DNA of 64,000 bases from NCBI RefSeq assembly GCF_036321535.1, contig NC_087436.1, forward strand, positions 32,676,001 to 32,740,000. Reading direction: 5' to 3'. The first letter of the stretch is position 1. Every line of letters starts with the position of its first letter. Position numbers and translations under genes: made by a program. The notes under the pieces were generated by a model. It searched no databases. It had not been told where the DNA came from and saw nothing but the letters and a program-made list of their open reading frames with translations. This DNA comes from Camelus dromedarius. Lineage: Eukaryota. This document shows positions 26,556 through 39,590 of the stretch, piece by piece.

Positions 26556-29399
26556 ATTCTGGCACTAAGGCAATGTACATTCAGAAACTCCTGATTTTTG
26601 AGAGAGTTACTGGCAACAAATTTAGAAAATTCCTGTTAGTTTGAGAGTTACCGCCAGTTTTCCCTCCAGAAAGGCTGAAGCACTAATGCTCTCACTAGAA
26701 GTGTTTGGAGTTCATTTTCCTGCATCCTCTCCAACACTGTCAACCTTTATTCACTTACAGATGAAGAAAAGTGAGGTGCAGCGAGACCAAGTTCCTTTGC
26801 ACAGGTCTCATTGTCAGGAATTGATAGATAGATCTGGGACTAAAATACAGATCCACAACTCCACACACTTGTCCTTATCACAATTCTAGATAAGAATTTT
26901 ACATCTGTACATTTTAATGGCCCTTGTTTCGCAGGATTGATTGGAGTTAAGCCTTTTTTGCCCTCCAGATACAATGTAACTGTGGGAGCACTGGAAAAAA
27001 AAAAAAGGAGTCATTCTTCAGTGTGCTCTGTGCTGATTGTTACCTTCCCTCCCTGAGAAATTGTCATTTATAAACATTTATGGGAAAAACTCTCTGAAAG
27101 TGTACAAGATTCACTTAAACTTTTGTTCTCTGAGATTGAAATAAAAACAGGTCTTAAAAATAGGTCACTAGAGGGCACTGTGACTCTTCAAGTTTTCAAG
27201 TTGTACTGTTGGTAAAAGAAATTCTACCCCGGGGGTATTTTTGATTTCAGGGAAGATTTTTGCTGGCATCCAGAAAAGTGTAACCAAATATGAAGAGTCT
27301 GAGAGGTGCATAAACATCGATATAAGACTGTGTACGAGCTGATCAGGAGGTTACCTTTTTCGGTTACAGGAAAATCCAAGTTTTATGATCTTTCATATTT
27401 TAATATGAAAATGGTATGTTTTGACCTAGCTTCCTTTTGGTTTAAGATAGTGTTCTGATCTTGAGGCTTTTCAATGTTTTTTCCCTCTAGAATATTTTAT
27501 GTTACAGTTGTAGCTGTGAGTGTTACTTGAGTCACCACATGGCATAAACCAATATTTGTGAAATAAAAATTTACATTGTAGTGACTTTAAAGCACTGTTA
27601 GACATTATATAACATCCCCCACCCCACCCAGTGACCTGGGCCTTTAGTAGATACTTTAGAATTGACCTGAAATAGCTTCAGTGACATCTTTATTTTTATT
27701 TATTTAAATAGTGTGCTGAAGAGAAAGCTCTTCCCCCACACACCATGGTGTTTCCTACTCCAAGCCTAAGATTATAACAATTAGTTAGCAGCATTGCTTT
27801 GACCTTCAAAATAACCTTCCTAAAGGACTACATGCTGAGTAGTACATCAAGTAGCAACTTTATTAACAATTTAAACTATGATTTCCAGTCACATAACATA
27901 AAAACCGAAGAACATTTGAAATAGTAGTAGTTGCTGGTTTTAATCTGATAAACTTGCAAGTGATTTACCAAATTTTTTCCATTATATGTTTGCCATCTTA
28001 AAGTATGCTGTTTATTAAAAAAATCCACAAATCATTAAGTTTGAGTTTGTTCTGACCTTATTAAGTGGACTTGGCTTAAACGAGGAATGGTCTTGTAGTC
28101 TTCAACAACCATATGCTAGGTTTTCCTTTAGAAAACAAAAAGAAAGGCTCTTAATATTATACTAAATATAAAATATTAATACCATATTTAAAATATACTT
28201 AAAAATGAAAAGAAAGGCTCTACTATTTCTATCTGGAAGATAATCTATCAAAATCAGTTCCGACTGATTTCCTTATGTTTCCTAACCAAACTTATCTTTC
28301 ACAAGAGTTCATCTGCCCCATCCCCTCTACATCCCCCTCAATCCCTCAATTCAGAGTTTATGTTAGCAAAACTCTTTCTCTCCATCTCTCTGGCCCCTCC
28401 ACTCCCTTTCCTCCTCTCAGTCCAACAAGCTGTAGGATTCTATTTCTACATATCTCCAATTGTGTATATGCTTATTTTTTCATTTCTAGAGTGACAGTTT
28501 CTAAAAATAGCCAAATCATGTAATACAGCATCTCACTATATGTAGCTTGGGTTCAAATCATGTATCAGTATATGGTTCATTCCTTTCATTATAAGGCAGA
28601 ACCTTTTAAGTAATGGTGGCAAGTCTTTCCCCCAGGATCAATGTTACAGTTTCCTTTATGGAAAGTGAGATTAAAAAAAAAAAAAAAGGAGTATGTGTTG
28701 CATGTCCTTTGTTTGCTGGTCTAGGGTGGCATTTGAAATTGCGCATGAATTAGTGGCCAGTTTAGCTTTTTACGGGTCCATGTGGATACGGGGCTTGCTA
28801 CTTTAAACATGTACTTTTCCTACTGTGGCACTCTGCTCAAATCTGTTTCTGCCCCCTCTTTGCAGCATGGTAATCATAGCTAACACTGGATACCAATATA
28901 CATGGCAGGCTAAGCACTTCACATACGTTATTAGGGCCCATCCAGGTTCCACCGTGCTCTCTTGGCCTGGGCAGGATCGGCAACATGTTCTTTGCGTACT
29001 CAAAATGTATTGAATGTATTTCCAGAAAGGTTATCTTATGGGCAGTAATTTGAGAATTACCTAGCAGTCTGACTTCCAGAATGACCCTAGGATTCCCTTC
29101 ATTACACTTTAAAAATAATATTTTGGGGATGGGATTATAGAAGAAGAAAATATGTCACGGAGTATTTTGTATATAAAAACTCGTTTCCCCACTCCCCCTC
29201 CACCCACAAATGAAAGGTTCCCTGCAGCCATTCCACCATTATGGTTCCTAAGAAGAGGGGAGCTGCTGCCTTGGGAAGAGGAAGATGGTTGTTAAGGGAA
29301 GTCTAAATCAGGTCACGTAGAAACAAAGTCAGGGAGGGGCTGAGGAAGACAACGGTCTGACAAGCGTGTCGGGATTTACTCCGCGAGGGGAAGGGGTGC

Positions 29400-29914
29400 T
29401 AAAGAGTGGGGGAATCTCGGCCGCCTGACCAGGAAACCTGACGGCGGGCATGGGACGCGGCAAGTACCTCATTGTGTCTCAAAGGGAGTGACAGGTATGT
29501 GCGAGACTCAGGGATCACGACACCGCTGTGCAAGTCGCCTCTTCTAACGCAGAGAGAAGGACAGGCAAGGAGAACGGCAGCGACGCTACGCGGGGCTGTG
29601 CAAAGACAGCCACTGGCGGAGGCGGTGCTTCTCGGCAGCTGTGCGTGGCTGTGCGTGGCTTGCGTGGCAGTGCGTGCCTATGCGTGCCTGTGCGTGGCAA
29701 TGCGTGCCTGTGCGTGCCTGTGCGAGCCGGTGCATGTTGTGTGGCACGGGGCAGCCTGGGAGCCGCGGGGTCAATTCTGGGCAATTCCTGGCTGATGGGA
29801 GACGCGGCAGAAGTTGCTCATTGCCCTCGGGGAACCCCTACGGGGTCCGAATGCTCGGTGAGCCCAGCTGCGTCCTCAGTGGATTCCCTCAGAGACCCAG
29901 GCCGCAGGTAGCAA
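29400..29914 (+). other. Probable first exon(s) of an unidentified plus-strand gene
   Basis: Donors CAG|GTATGT (GT at 29495), CAG|GTAGCA (29908) and CAA|GTGAGT (29915) lie within or at the 3' edge of the CpG island. ATG at 29795 opens MGDAAEVAHCPRG... The TSS is not determinable, so the start is approximate. Confidence 0.45.
29641..29730. repeat. 10-bp-period GC-rich minisatellite built on TGCGTG
   Basis: GTGCGTGGCT GTGCGTGGCT TGCGTGGCAG TGCGTGCCTA TGCGTGCCTG TGCGTGGCAA TGCGTGCCTG TGCGTGCCTG TGCGAGCCGG. Confidence 0.9.
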
Positions 29915-30779
29915 GTGAGTTTGCCGGCCGGCTTGACGGAGTGTGTTCCTGCTGACCCTCGCATGACCACCTGGGAGAACGCAAGGGGAGGGAAGCCCTG
30001 TGACAGTCTGCCATTACCTAGAGAGGCCTTGCTTACCCGAAGGGTACAGTTCTACCCTGGAATTGTGTATTTAGCAACCAGAAGAAAAGCAGTAACCTTA
30101 ATGGACTGGTTTACTTCCCAGCTCCACTGAGTGAACTTGAGGGCTGCATGATGTCAGCGATACGGAAAAGAAAGGAGCCACATTTTTCTGAAACACGTGA
30201 GTGTAGCGTGTACTTTTACAATCTCACAAAGCACACTTTGTATTGAAACTATAGAAAAGTGGAATGAAAAAGGGGAACAACATTAATCTAGCAAAAAAAA
30301 AAAACCCTCAGTATCTTTTTTGATAATGTTTTCTTCGAGAAAATACACAATTGTATCAAAAAGGTCATGATGTATATACAATTTCCTGTCTTAGTTTTTA
30401 TACTTAATGCTGTATGTTGAACATTTTCTCAAATTTTCAAATATTCAATGGCTTTAACTTGATTGTACTCTTCACCTTCCTCCCTTTTCTCAAATGTTTC
30501 TTCTGGCCCCTTTACTGCCACAACTGTCTGCTTTATACCTCTCCTGGGTGCATCAGGCTTCCTCTTTTTCAGTCATGCCTGTATTTTGGGAAGCCTTTTT
30601 GAATAATGTAGCTACCATTAAGTATTCAGAGAGACTGTTGCCTTGACATATTCTCCATTTATGACTCAGTGCCTCATTCATAAATCGAATTGGAATTAGG
30701 AAGGGGTAGACTGGCCTGTAATTCCATATATTGAGAATAATTTTGAGAGCTAATTAATATGAGCAGTCTTACTATTTAT

Positions 30780-31371
30780 TGCAGGAAAATGGAATGTAAG
30801 AGGATGGTCATGTCCTAGGTCTCGGGCGAGTCCCTGGGATGTGCCCCGCCAAGTCAGGGCCCTTTGGCTTGTGCAGGAAGGAATTCAAGAGCAAGCCATA
30901 GTAAAGTGAAAGCAGGTTTCTTCAGGGAGATAAACGCTCCATAGAGTGCTGCGGTCTCAGAAGGCGAGCGGCTCTAGGAGATACATGTTCCATGGGCAAT
31001 GCAGTCCATCTCAGAAGGAAGAGCTTTGCGGGTTGGGGTTTTGAGTTAGTTTTTATGGGCTGGATAATTTCATATGTGAACAAGTGGGAAGATAATTCCA
31101 ATCATTTTGGGAAAGGGGTGGGGATTACTAGGAATTGGGGCCCTGCTCACTTTTTGGCCTTTTATGGGCTGCCTTAGAACTGTCATGGTGCCTGTGGGTG
31201 TGCCATTTAGCACGCTAATGTATTACGAGTGTCTAAAGAGGCTCAAGGTCTATGGGAAGTTGAATCTTTCACCTTCTTGGACCTAATAGGTTCTACACAG
31301 TTTTTGTTGTATCCTCAATGGCTATGTCGTTCTTTTAAAGGTTGTGCCCTGCCTCCTTCCCTCCTATCTCA
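30780..31371 (-). mobile_element. Solo LTR of a class I (ERV1-like) endogenous retrovirus
   Basis: TG...CA termini with a 4-bp TSD TTAT (30776-30779 and 31372-31375). Contains AGGAAGGAATTCAAGAGCAAGCCATAGTAAAGTGAAAGCAGG, typical of antisense ERV1 LTRs. Length 592 bp. Confidence 0.75.
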
Positions 31372-32964
31372 TTATTAGAAAAAAATGTCCAGAACCACCA
31401 TGAACTGTACTCTCCAATCATCCAACCAAGTCATAAATAAATGTTCTTGATAGAAAGGAGAGTGAGGGTGACTTAGTTGTGATTAAAACATCATGACTAT
31501 AGAAAATGCCCAAGACTGTAGGAACATGTTCCTCTGAGTACTCCTCTTTCTTCACCTATATGCAGGAGGAGGTTCCCTCTACAAGCGGAAAGTTTATTAT
31601 TACTATATTTTTGGAAAATTTGGGTTTTTTTGACTTCTTTAACTTAAGGCAGTTGCAGCTATACTCTCTTTAGCTGCAACTGGCATGTATATCTGTAGTT
31701 GCTGTCTTCTAATCTTGGGGTGGTTTTTACAGATGTAACTTTATTTTCTACCATGACCTTAATCTATGTGAGGAAATCTGCCTAGAATAAATGACTAGTC
31801 AGTTTTAGTGGTAATTATTCAAGAAGAGCTCCAATTATTTTTATATGTTAAAACTTAAAGAGACCAGGCTTTAGGATTTGATTATTTAAATAAAGATGTT
31901 ATAAGAAGATTTTGAAATTACTCTGAAGAATAAAGCAGGCACTGAAAAAGGAAACATCTTTCCCTTTCCCCCCATCTTAAAGTACACCCTTCCCATAACA
32001 AACCCAGCAGAATCCAAATCTGGTCATTTCTCTAAAATTAAAGGGAAATAATTTTGGGTTTGAAATCTTGAACAGTGATTATTTGCTGGGGATGTATGAA
32101 GATGGAAAGATAACTTTAACAAGAAGAAACAGTTCATTTTAGATATATTGTTTTAAGCTTCGGCATATTATTATTGTCTTTTTTACTGCCCTTGCAAGGG
32201 TGAAGGTGCTGTTGTGATTTCTATTAGGGTCATTTAAAATATGTAAAATTATTCTCAGACTGAGCTTTTACATTTTACCAATTATATTCTTGAGGTCATC
32301 TGTTAGAGGTATATTACCAGGCTTAGCTCAAGAGAAGAAAATTATTTTATAGCAATTAGAAATTTAGAGCCATGGTACCCAGGCTGAGCACTGGATAAAA
32401 AGAACTGGAAGAGAATTAACTCAGCGTAGGCTGAGAAGACTCAGGATAGATAGCCTCTGGCTGTGCCAATTTAAGTTTTATATATTAGGGAAAAAGGATA
32501 TGTATTTCACCTGAATTCAGTACTAAACATGATTGCAGAATAGATACATTGTTATGTCTGTCAAACATGGAATAAAAGTATGCTTTGTCTACAGGCTCTC
32601 CCGTACAAAGATATGACCTTCTATTTATGACGCTAGCTGGGTAATGAGAAGAAATTAGAAAAAAAAGAAAAAGAGGCTGTTCTATGTATAATATTGATCA
32701 TAGGATTCAACGGAAATAATTCTGCAATGTATTGTAAATACGAAGAACCATATGTAGAAAAAACTCTGCAAAAAATTATATCATAATAATGTGAAAAAGG
32801 GGAGTTGAATGAAAGGAGTCATTTTTGTAGAATATATCATTTGGAGACCATATAGCTATTAGGGATTAACTGTGCAAATAGAAAATATCCTAAAGCCCTT
32901 GAAACTTCTGTTTGACACTCAGCATTTGCATTAGCTATTCTCTTTTCTAAACTGTCTTTACTAA

Positions 32965-33340
32965 CAACTTTTCCCTTCACTGAACAACCAATTCTCCAAT
33001 TCTCTGACACCAAGTGGGCGTCCTGCAATTTAGTTCAATTCTGACACTAACTACTGAGAGTTAGCACAGACCCCACAGATTAAGGGCTCAGTTTCATAAG
33101 AGTGCCCCAACTTCAGATGCCAGTAGCAAGTCTCAGGTTGCCATCCATACTTCTGACGTGCCATCTGTATATTGGATGTTCTCATGACTCCTTCCTCAGG
33201 TGGGATAATTTGTTAGAATGACTTACAGAACTCAGGAAATGCTTTAATTGACAGGAGCATCTTTTGTTCTTATATCTGGTCTTTATCCTTGCCTCCTGAC
33301 ACAGACCTCCTATGTCCCTTGTAATTTCCTGGGTAATAGG
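32965..33340. mobile_element. MER21-like LTR fragment
   Basis: TTCAATTCTGACACTAACTAC...GTTAGCACAGACCCCACAGATTAAGGGCTCAG...ACTTCAGATGCCAGTAGCAAGTC. Confidence 0.65.
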
Positions 33341-33659
33341 AGCATTTTTATTTTCCCTCTGTAAGTAAATATTCATCTTCGCATAACAAACATAGGAACC
33401 TCAGGACTAACTTTGCGTTCATTTCTTTGATGATGATGATGATAAAAATACCTGATCTAACACTATGATAGGCATTCAGTATATTTCAATGATTTACTGA
33501 ATTCTCACAACAACTCTGTGAGTTAGGAATTATTTTTATTTTAGAGTCAAGGAGAAATCTGAGTTGAGAATTATGTTAATTGGTTAAGGTCATACAGCTG
33601 GTAGGTGGGAGAGCTGGGTCTGAACTAAGGTCAGGTTTAGTAACAGTCCAACTGATTCT

Positions 33660-34330
33660 CCTTTGTTAACATCTTATCAATGTCACTTATATAAATCTAC
33701 CTGTTTTCCATTCTTGCTGCTCCAAAGAGAAGTTCAGCATATTGTCACTTGGCCTGGACTACTTTAGTTGATTTCCCTTATCTTGGTTGATATGTCTCCA
33801 TTTCATCCTCAATACTGCTACCAGCTAAATCTTTCTAAGATCTGATCATGTTACTTGTCAATTAAAAATGCTTCAGTGGCTTCTCATTAACTGTATGACA
33901 TGATACAAATGTGTCAATGTGGCTCTCCATTAGCTGCACCCTGCCTCTCTGTTGTATCATCTTGTACCATAATCTTCCTTGCATTCTATGCTTTAGTCAT
34001 AAGATTACTTGAAGATCCTGTAAAGCATCATGTTATATCATACTTCTTTGCTTTTTATTTCATCTCTTTACTTTGCTCGGAATGCCCATTTTTCCCTGCC
34101 CAATTGTGGAATCCATATTCTCCATTCAAGACTCATTTCATTTAAGAAGTTGTTTCATGATCTCTGGGTATACTTGATTCTTTATATACTTCTATTATTT
34201 CCACTATAAAAGTTTATTCACTTAGTTGTTTACATATTAGTCTTCTCTAGAGTCTGAATTCCTTGAGGCAGGAAACCATCTTCACTAAATTGTATCTAGG
34301 ACAGTATCTGGCATACCACAAATGATACCT
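33660..34330 (+). mobile_element. Degenerate L2 LINE
   Basis: TCTGATCATGTTACT...AAAATGCTTCAGTGGCTTCTCATT and GAATTCCTTGAGGCAGG L2 3' motifs. Confidence 0.55.
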
Positions 34331-36219
34331 GAATGATCCCTTATATATAGCCCAGGTAAACTGCAGAATTTGCAATAGTTTTCTCAGAGTCACAAATTAT
34401 TTGATAACTATGGATTAGTTTATTTTTTATAACTTTAAGATTAAGAATATGTAAGAAGTTAATGACTCGCCTAGAATTAATCTTGGTTGAATAGGTAGTG
34501 GTATTTGAATAGCTAATCCCCACCTCCTATTTCAGAAAATACTTTATTTTTATACTTGGTTCTCACTTATCTCTAACCATATATCTTCTTTACCTACATT
34601 AATATATATTATTTCATCCATGATTTCCCCAAAGGAATAATTTTTCCCCTCCTGTTTTTTTCTTTTTATAGCTCAAATGTACAGATTGGAATATCAGGAT
34701 TCTATGACATTGTGGGTCTAAAAATGCAAAAATGGGTATAATTGTTTTGGCAGCAATCTAACACATACAACTACGGAAAAAACAAAGCAAAACAAAAACA
34801 CTGAAAGATTGGGTTTGATATGTTTTGGTGTGTCTCTGAACAAACATTCCATCAGTGCTAATGACACTTATTTAAGGGGCTAATTTCTACTCTTGATATT
34901 ATTTTAGAAATGCACATTAGTTATAAATAAATAGGTTTTCTTTAACGAGCTGTTTAACAATATAAAGCCCCTTCTTTCTGCATGGCGGTAGAGAAACTTC
35001 ACACTTGGAGAAATTTCAAAAATTTTAAACATGTATATTAATTCCTCCCTGTTGTGTGAATGGAACACTACTGTTCTGTAAGAAATAACTTTTCACAGAT
35101 TATAAACTATATATGTTAACATGCTCCCATTTTTGGTAAACATTTAAAATATTTGCATGAAAAAAATCAATGAAATGCTTATATTGCTCATTACTGGAGG
35201 TAGTGTTTCAGTAGACTTTATTTCCTATATGTTGTTCTTCTATATGCTAAGTATATATATTTTACTATATTACTTGTGTGACAAATAATAAAGGGAAAAG
35301 TAAGATATACTTTTAAAATATCTCTAACACATATAAATATAATTTTAATGTGGTAGTGTCCTTCTGGGAAGACTGTTTTAAAGCAGGACTCAGCTCTTCA
35401 AGGCTTCCCCCATATATATCCAATTCTCTAATGCATTAATGAAAAATAGAAATTTTTTGAAGATTTCATGGAGAGAGGAGAACAATATATACTACATGTA
35501 TATGCAAAACTTAGTACATATCCCCTTGTTAATTTTCCAAAATTCTTTTTCTGGTGCAATCCGTATTACATTTCCTCACTACCCCACAACTTCACCCCAG
35601 CAGCTTCTAAGCTACATGCACTGAGTCTTAGCTTCTTTTCCTGCTTAGATTCTTCTCTTCACATCAATCCTTTTTTTTTTTTTTTTTAAAGATTGTAATT
35701 ACAGTTCTTTTGGATTCTCTGATTTTTTTTTTACCTTCTCACTCAATGACCTGATCAGCCGACAGAGGAACTTCATTGTGACTCCTCTCTTCTTAGAAGT
35801 CAAATGCATTGCGAATAATAAAGGCATTTTCCCCTTTCATGTACAATTGGATTCACCAGATATTTTCACTTAAATTTTATATGCCTCCGACTGAAGTTAT
35901 TCTTTTAATTCAGTTTGCTTTGTTAGTAGTAGAACATGTAAAAACAATTAGACTTAAATTAGATATAAGTGACAGTATCTCTCCTGGTTATACAATTAAG
36001 CTTTCTCTTATATTTTAACTTGCTTGGAAACCTTGATCAATAACTAAAATTAAAAAAACAAACAAACTGGGAAAGGCGAAACAAATGGAAGAATGTTGAT
36101 AACTGTTGAAGCTGAATGATGGGTACATGGGAATTCACTGTTCTTTTTACTTTGTATATGTTGGAATTTTTCCATAATGAAAAATTAAAATAATTGTGAG
36201 CACCAGAAGTTGCTGCAGA

Positions 36220-36985
36220 CACTGTCAGTTGTGCCCAGTATTCATCTCATCCTCCTCCCTGTCCCCACTCTCCACATTTTTTGCTAACGGAACACAGCTT
36301 TTGTTTGTAGTAGCAATGTGCCCAATTCAGTGACTTGTCACAACTGGCCTGAGTCTGTGTTTCTTAGTGGAAGCATTTTGGTGTTTTGGGCAGTGCATAT
36401 GTCCATTGTAGGGGATTGTTCCTAACATTTCAGTGTTTTTGGCATCTCTTACCTCTAGGCACTAGATGCCAGTCATGGCATTGGCCTCCTTCTCATCACT
36501 GTGATAATCAAAATGTCCTGACACATGATAAAACATTCCCTAGGGCCTGGGGGAGAACCACTGATTGGGAACTACTGGTCAAAGCTAATCATGGCATTTC
36601 TGCCCCTACTTCCCAGATTTCCGCATAGCTGATTGTAGCCTTGTGATCCCTTTTGGGGCACAGAGACCTGAGGGAAGTTAGCTGCAGAGGCTTCAGGGAA
36701 AGCTTTTTGTTTTCTTAGTTGAAAGGACAAATATAGCTGTTGAGTGCTCCTCTCTTTCTTCTTCCTGCCTTGAATGAAGGATGAGCAAAGCTGTGGAAGC
36801 AATTTTGCAACAAGCCAATGTGCCAAGTGTAGTGAGGTAGGAGAGAAGGGGCCTGGATCTTAGAAGATTTGTACCAGCACTGGCCTCTTTATCTCTTTTT
36901 TGCGTGAGAAAAATAAACCCCTTTTTATTCTAGCTACTGTTAGTCGGGTTTTCTATTACTTGCAGCTAAAAACAGTCCTAACTAA
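36220..36985 (+). mobile_element. MaLR MLT1J/K-like LTR interrupted by a MER20-like element
   Basis: 3' end GTGAGAAAAATAAACCCC...GTCGGGTTTTCTATTACTTGCAGCTAAAAACAGTCCTAACT. Confidence 0.6.
36355..36577 (-). mobile_element. MER20-like hAT MITE
   Basis: CACTAGATGCCAGT...TGTGATAATCAAAATGTCCTGACACAT...GAGAACCACTG. Confidence 0.6.
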
Positions 36986-37257
36986 AAACAGGTAAGTTCT
37001 GGGTTCTTTGATCAATGTTAGTGTGAAGTGAGAATTATTTAAACAATTTTAGCCAAACTTCTTTTTGCAAGGTCCTTTATTGTGCTTGGTGAAAAATAAC
37101 ACTTTTGTAAAAATGAGAATGCTATTTGGAAATATTTAACAAAATGACAACTGGAAATAATATTTTCACATATATTCAGCACCCCCCACCACCTCCAGAT
37201 ACTTAAATCCATTGGAGAAATAGCCAGTATAGTCTGGATTTTTTCCCCCAAGATCTA

Positions 37258-37288
<31 letters not shown>

Positions 37289-37589
37289 TAACCTAGTTCA
37301 AGAGACTTTAAATAGATTTAGAGAGGAGGAATTGTTTTACTTTGAATTACAAACTTAGGCTTGGTATCCAATACAGTATGTTTAAGTCTAGAAGAAATTA
37401 AAACATTAGATATAATTCTTATTTGAGTGTGGCATTTGAGGCCCTTTAGACTCACTTTTCTGGCTCATTGTGTTCTTTTCTCTTTCAGTTGTCGTGTCAT
37501 CTTAGGGGACTACAGTGTTCCTGTTTACAGACAGTTCACCATCTCCTTCTTTTATTTACTTGGCTCCAGAAAACAGACAACTTAACTTT

Positions 37590-39590
37590 TCTTTTTACTT
37601 CTTCATTCTTTTCCATGGTCACATGCTGGACTTTATCATAACCTAACATTTCTTCCCAGAAGTAATAAACCTTCTTACCACTTCTTATCCTTCATTATTT
37701 CCTATATTTTTCCCCTCATGTGGACCTCTAGTCCTTGTCTTTTTATGGGTCACTTCCTGCCTTTCCTGTGTCTACCTCATCCTCTTTAATTTCTCTAGTT
37801 CATCATCTCATCCACTCTTAAAATAGTTCCCTAAACTTCCTTACATTTTACATGGCTTGGCAATCTTTTTATTTTACTTTTTTAGTTCTACACAATAGTT
37901 CTTTAAAAACTTTTCCATTCTCTTTGGACTTCAGCCACTTATGCCATCCTCCAACTACTTCTCTCTTAACAGATAAACATGTGTCAAAGAAAATTTACAC
38001 TATACCCATCTTTTACTCATGTCCTCCTGTTATATTTCAGAAAGTATCCTTTCTTGAGTATTATCCCTCTACCTGAGCTCTGGATCTCATCCCCTACCAC
38101 CTTCTTAGGAACCATCTTCTCAGGGACCTTGCTCAATGAATTACTCCCTTTCTCCTCCTAATACATTCTGTCAGAATTTAGATATGGTAGAAGTTTCTCC
38201 CATTTTGTAAACACACCATTCTTAGATCTCTCATTCACTTCTAGATTCTCTTGATCTCTTTTCACTCCATTGCAGCCAAACATCTTGAAAGAATTGCTTA
38301 CACTTGTTGCCTCACCTGTTTCTTCCCTAACTCACTGAGATCTGGCATCTACCATCACTCCTCCATTAGTTCGTTGGCCTGGCTGAAACTTTTCTCTCCA
38401 GAGTCACTAGTGACTTTGCTAAAGCCAAGAGACATGCCTCAATCCTTACGTTATTTGACCTCTTTATGATATTTGACACTTCTGACCTTGACACACTTTC
38501 TTTTTTTTGTTTTTGGGTGTTTTTTTTCTTATGCCTCTTTGCAGGACTCTTTCCCGAAGGAGTCTCTCCTGCAGCCTTCTTCCCTTTTATTCTGCAGTTC
38601 TTTTACTAGATCATCTGTTCTCATGGCTTAAAATACCAGCTATATGCTGATGATTCCCAGGCAGTGGATTCTCAACAGTCATCTTCAAACTCTAGACCAA
38701 TATATCCAATTGCCTGTTAGATGTTTTCACATGGCTATCTATAAGTATTTCAAGACAACACATCTTATCATCTCTTCCCACAAGACTGCTTATCCTCTGT
38801 TGTTTCCAGTCTTGTTAAAAATCATCCAGTTATTCAAAGGAGAAACTGGAACATCGTTATTGACTCGTCATTCTCCTTTATGTTCCATATCTAAAGATAA
38901 TTGGATCCTGTTTGTTCCACCTTCTAAAAGGCTTCCTTCTCTGATCTGCCAACTTTTATCTGTGTTGCTATTCTCCTAGGTTAAGTTGACATCTAGCTGT
39001 CATCTGGATTAATGCAAGAGCCTTCTATTCATCTCCATGCCTTACTCTTTCCCTCTTTGGATATATTCAAATGCACCTATTATTCACCTATTTAAAATCC
39101 CTCAGTGACTTCTAGTTGTTCTTATAGCCTAAACTTTTAAGCATGGGCTCTGTCTACTTCTTGACACTCAGCATTTATCACTTAACCTTTTTTATTCTAA
39201 GCCCTAGACATATGAAAGTTTTTTCCATTCATTTTCCAGTGATATATTCTCTGGATTTCATGATTTTGCACATGATCTTTTCTTCCCACTCCTACTTATC
39301 TAACTCTTGCTCATTTTCTGGATTTCATCTTAGATCTGTCTTCCTTTAGAAAGCCTCCTTTCTGTTCCCCACCCCTACCTCAAGTCCAGGTGTGTCTTAG
39401 GGCACCTTGTGTCTATGCCATCATGGCATTTATAACAGTGTATTATATTTACCTATTTATTTATCTGTGGATTAGACTATGAGCTCTGTAAGGACAGTGA
39501 TTAGGTCAGCATGGCACCCTAGTGTCTGGCAAACTACGTGGTTCCAAATAGACACTTAACACATGACTGGATGAATAAATAAATGAATGA
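37590..39590 (+). mobile_element. Long degenerate L2 LINE
   Basis: L2 RT remnant (TATATGCTGATGATTCCCA, translating YADDS, at ~38641) and L2 3' end (ATTAGACTATGAGCTCTGTAAGGACAG...GAATAAATAAATGAATGA). Confidence 0.75.

Larger units (their letters stand above)
29350..29960. promoter_or_regulatory. CpG island / probable promoter
   Basis: The only GC- and CpG-rich non-transposon segment in an otherwise CpG-depleted window. CRE half-site TGACG at ~29439 and E-box CACGTG at ~30194. Confidence 0.8.

Noticed and set aside
29472..29955. Overlapping 60-127 aa ORFs over the CpG island
   Set aside because: They start mostly at non-ATG codons, are open because of GC content and the 10-bp repeat, and give low-complexity C/V/A/R peptides.
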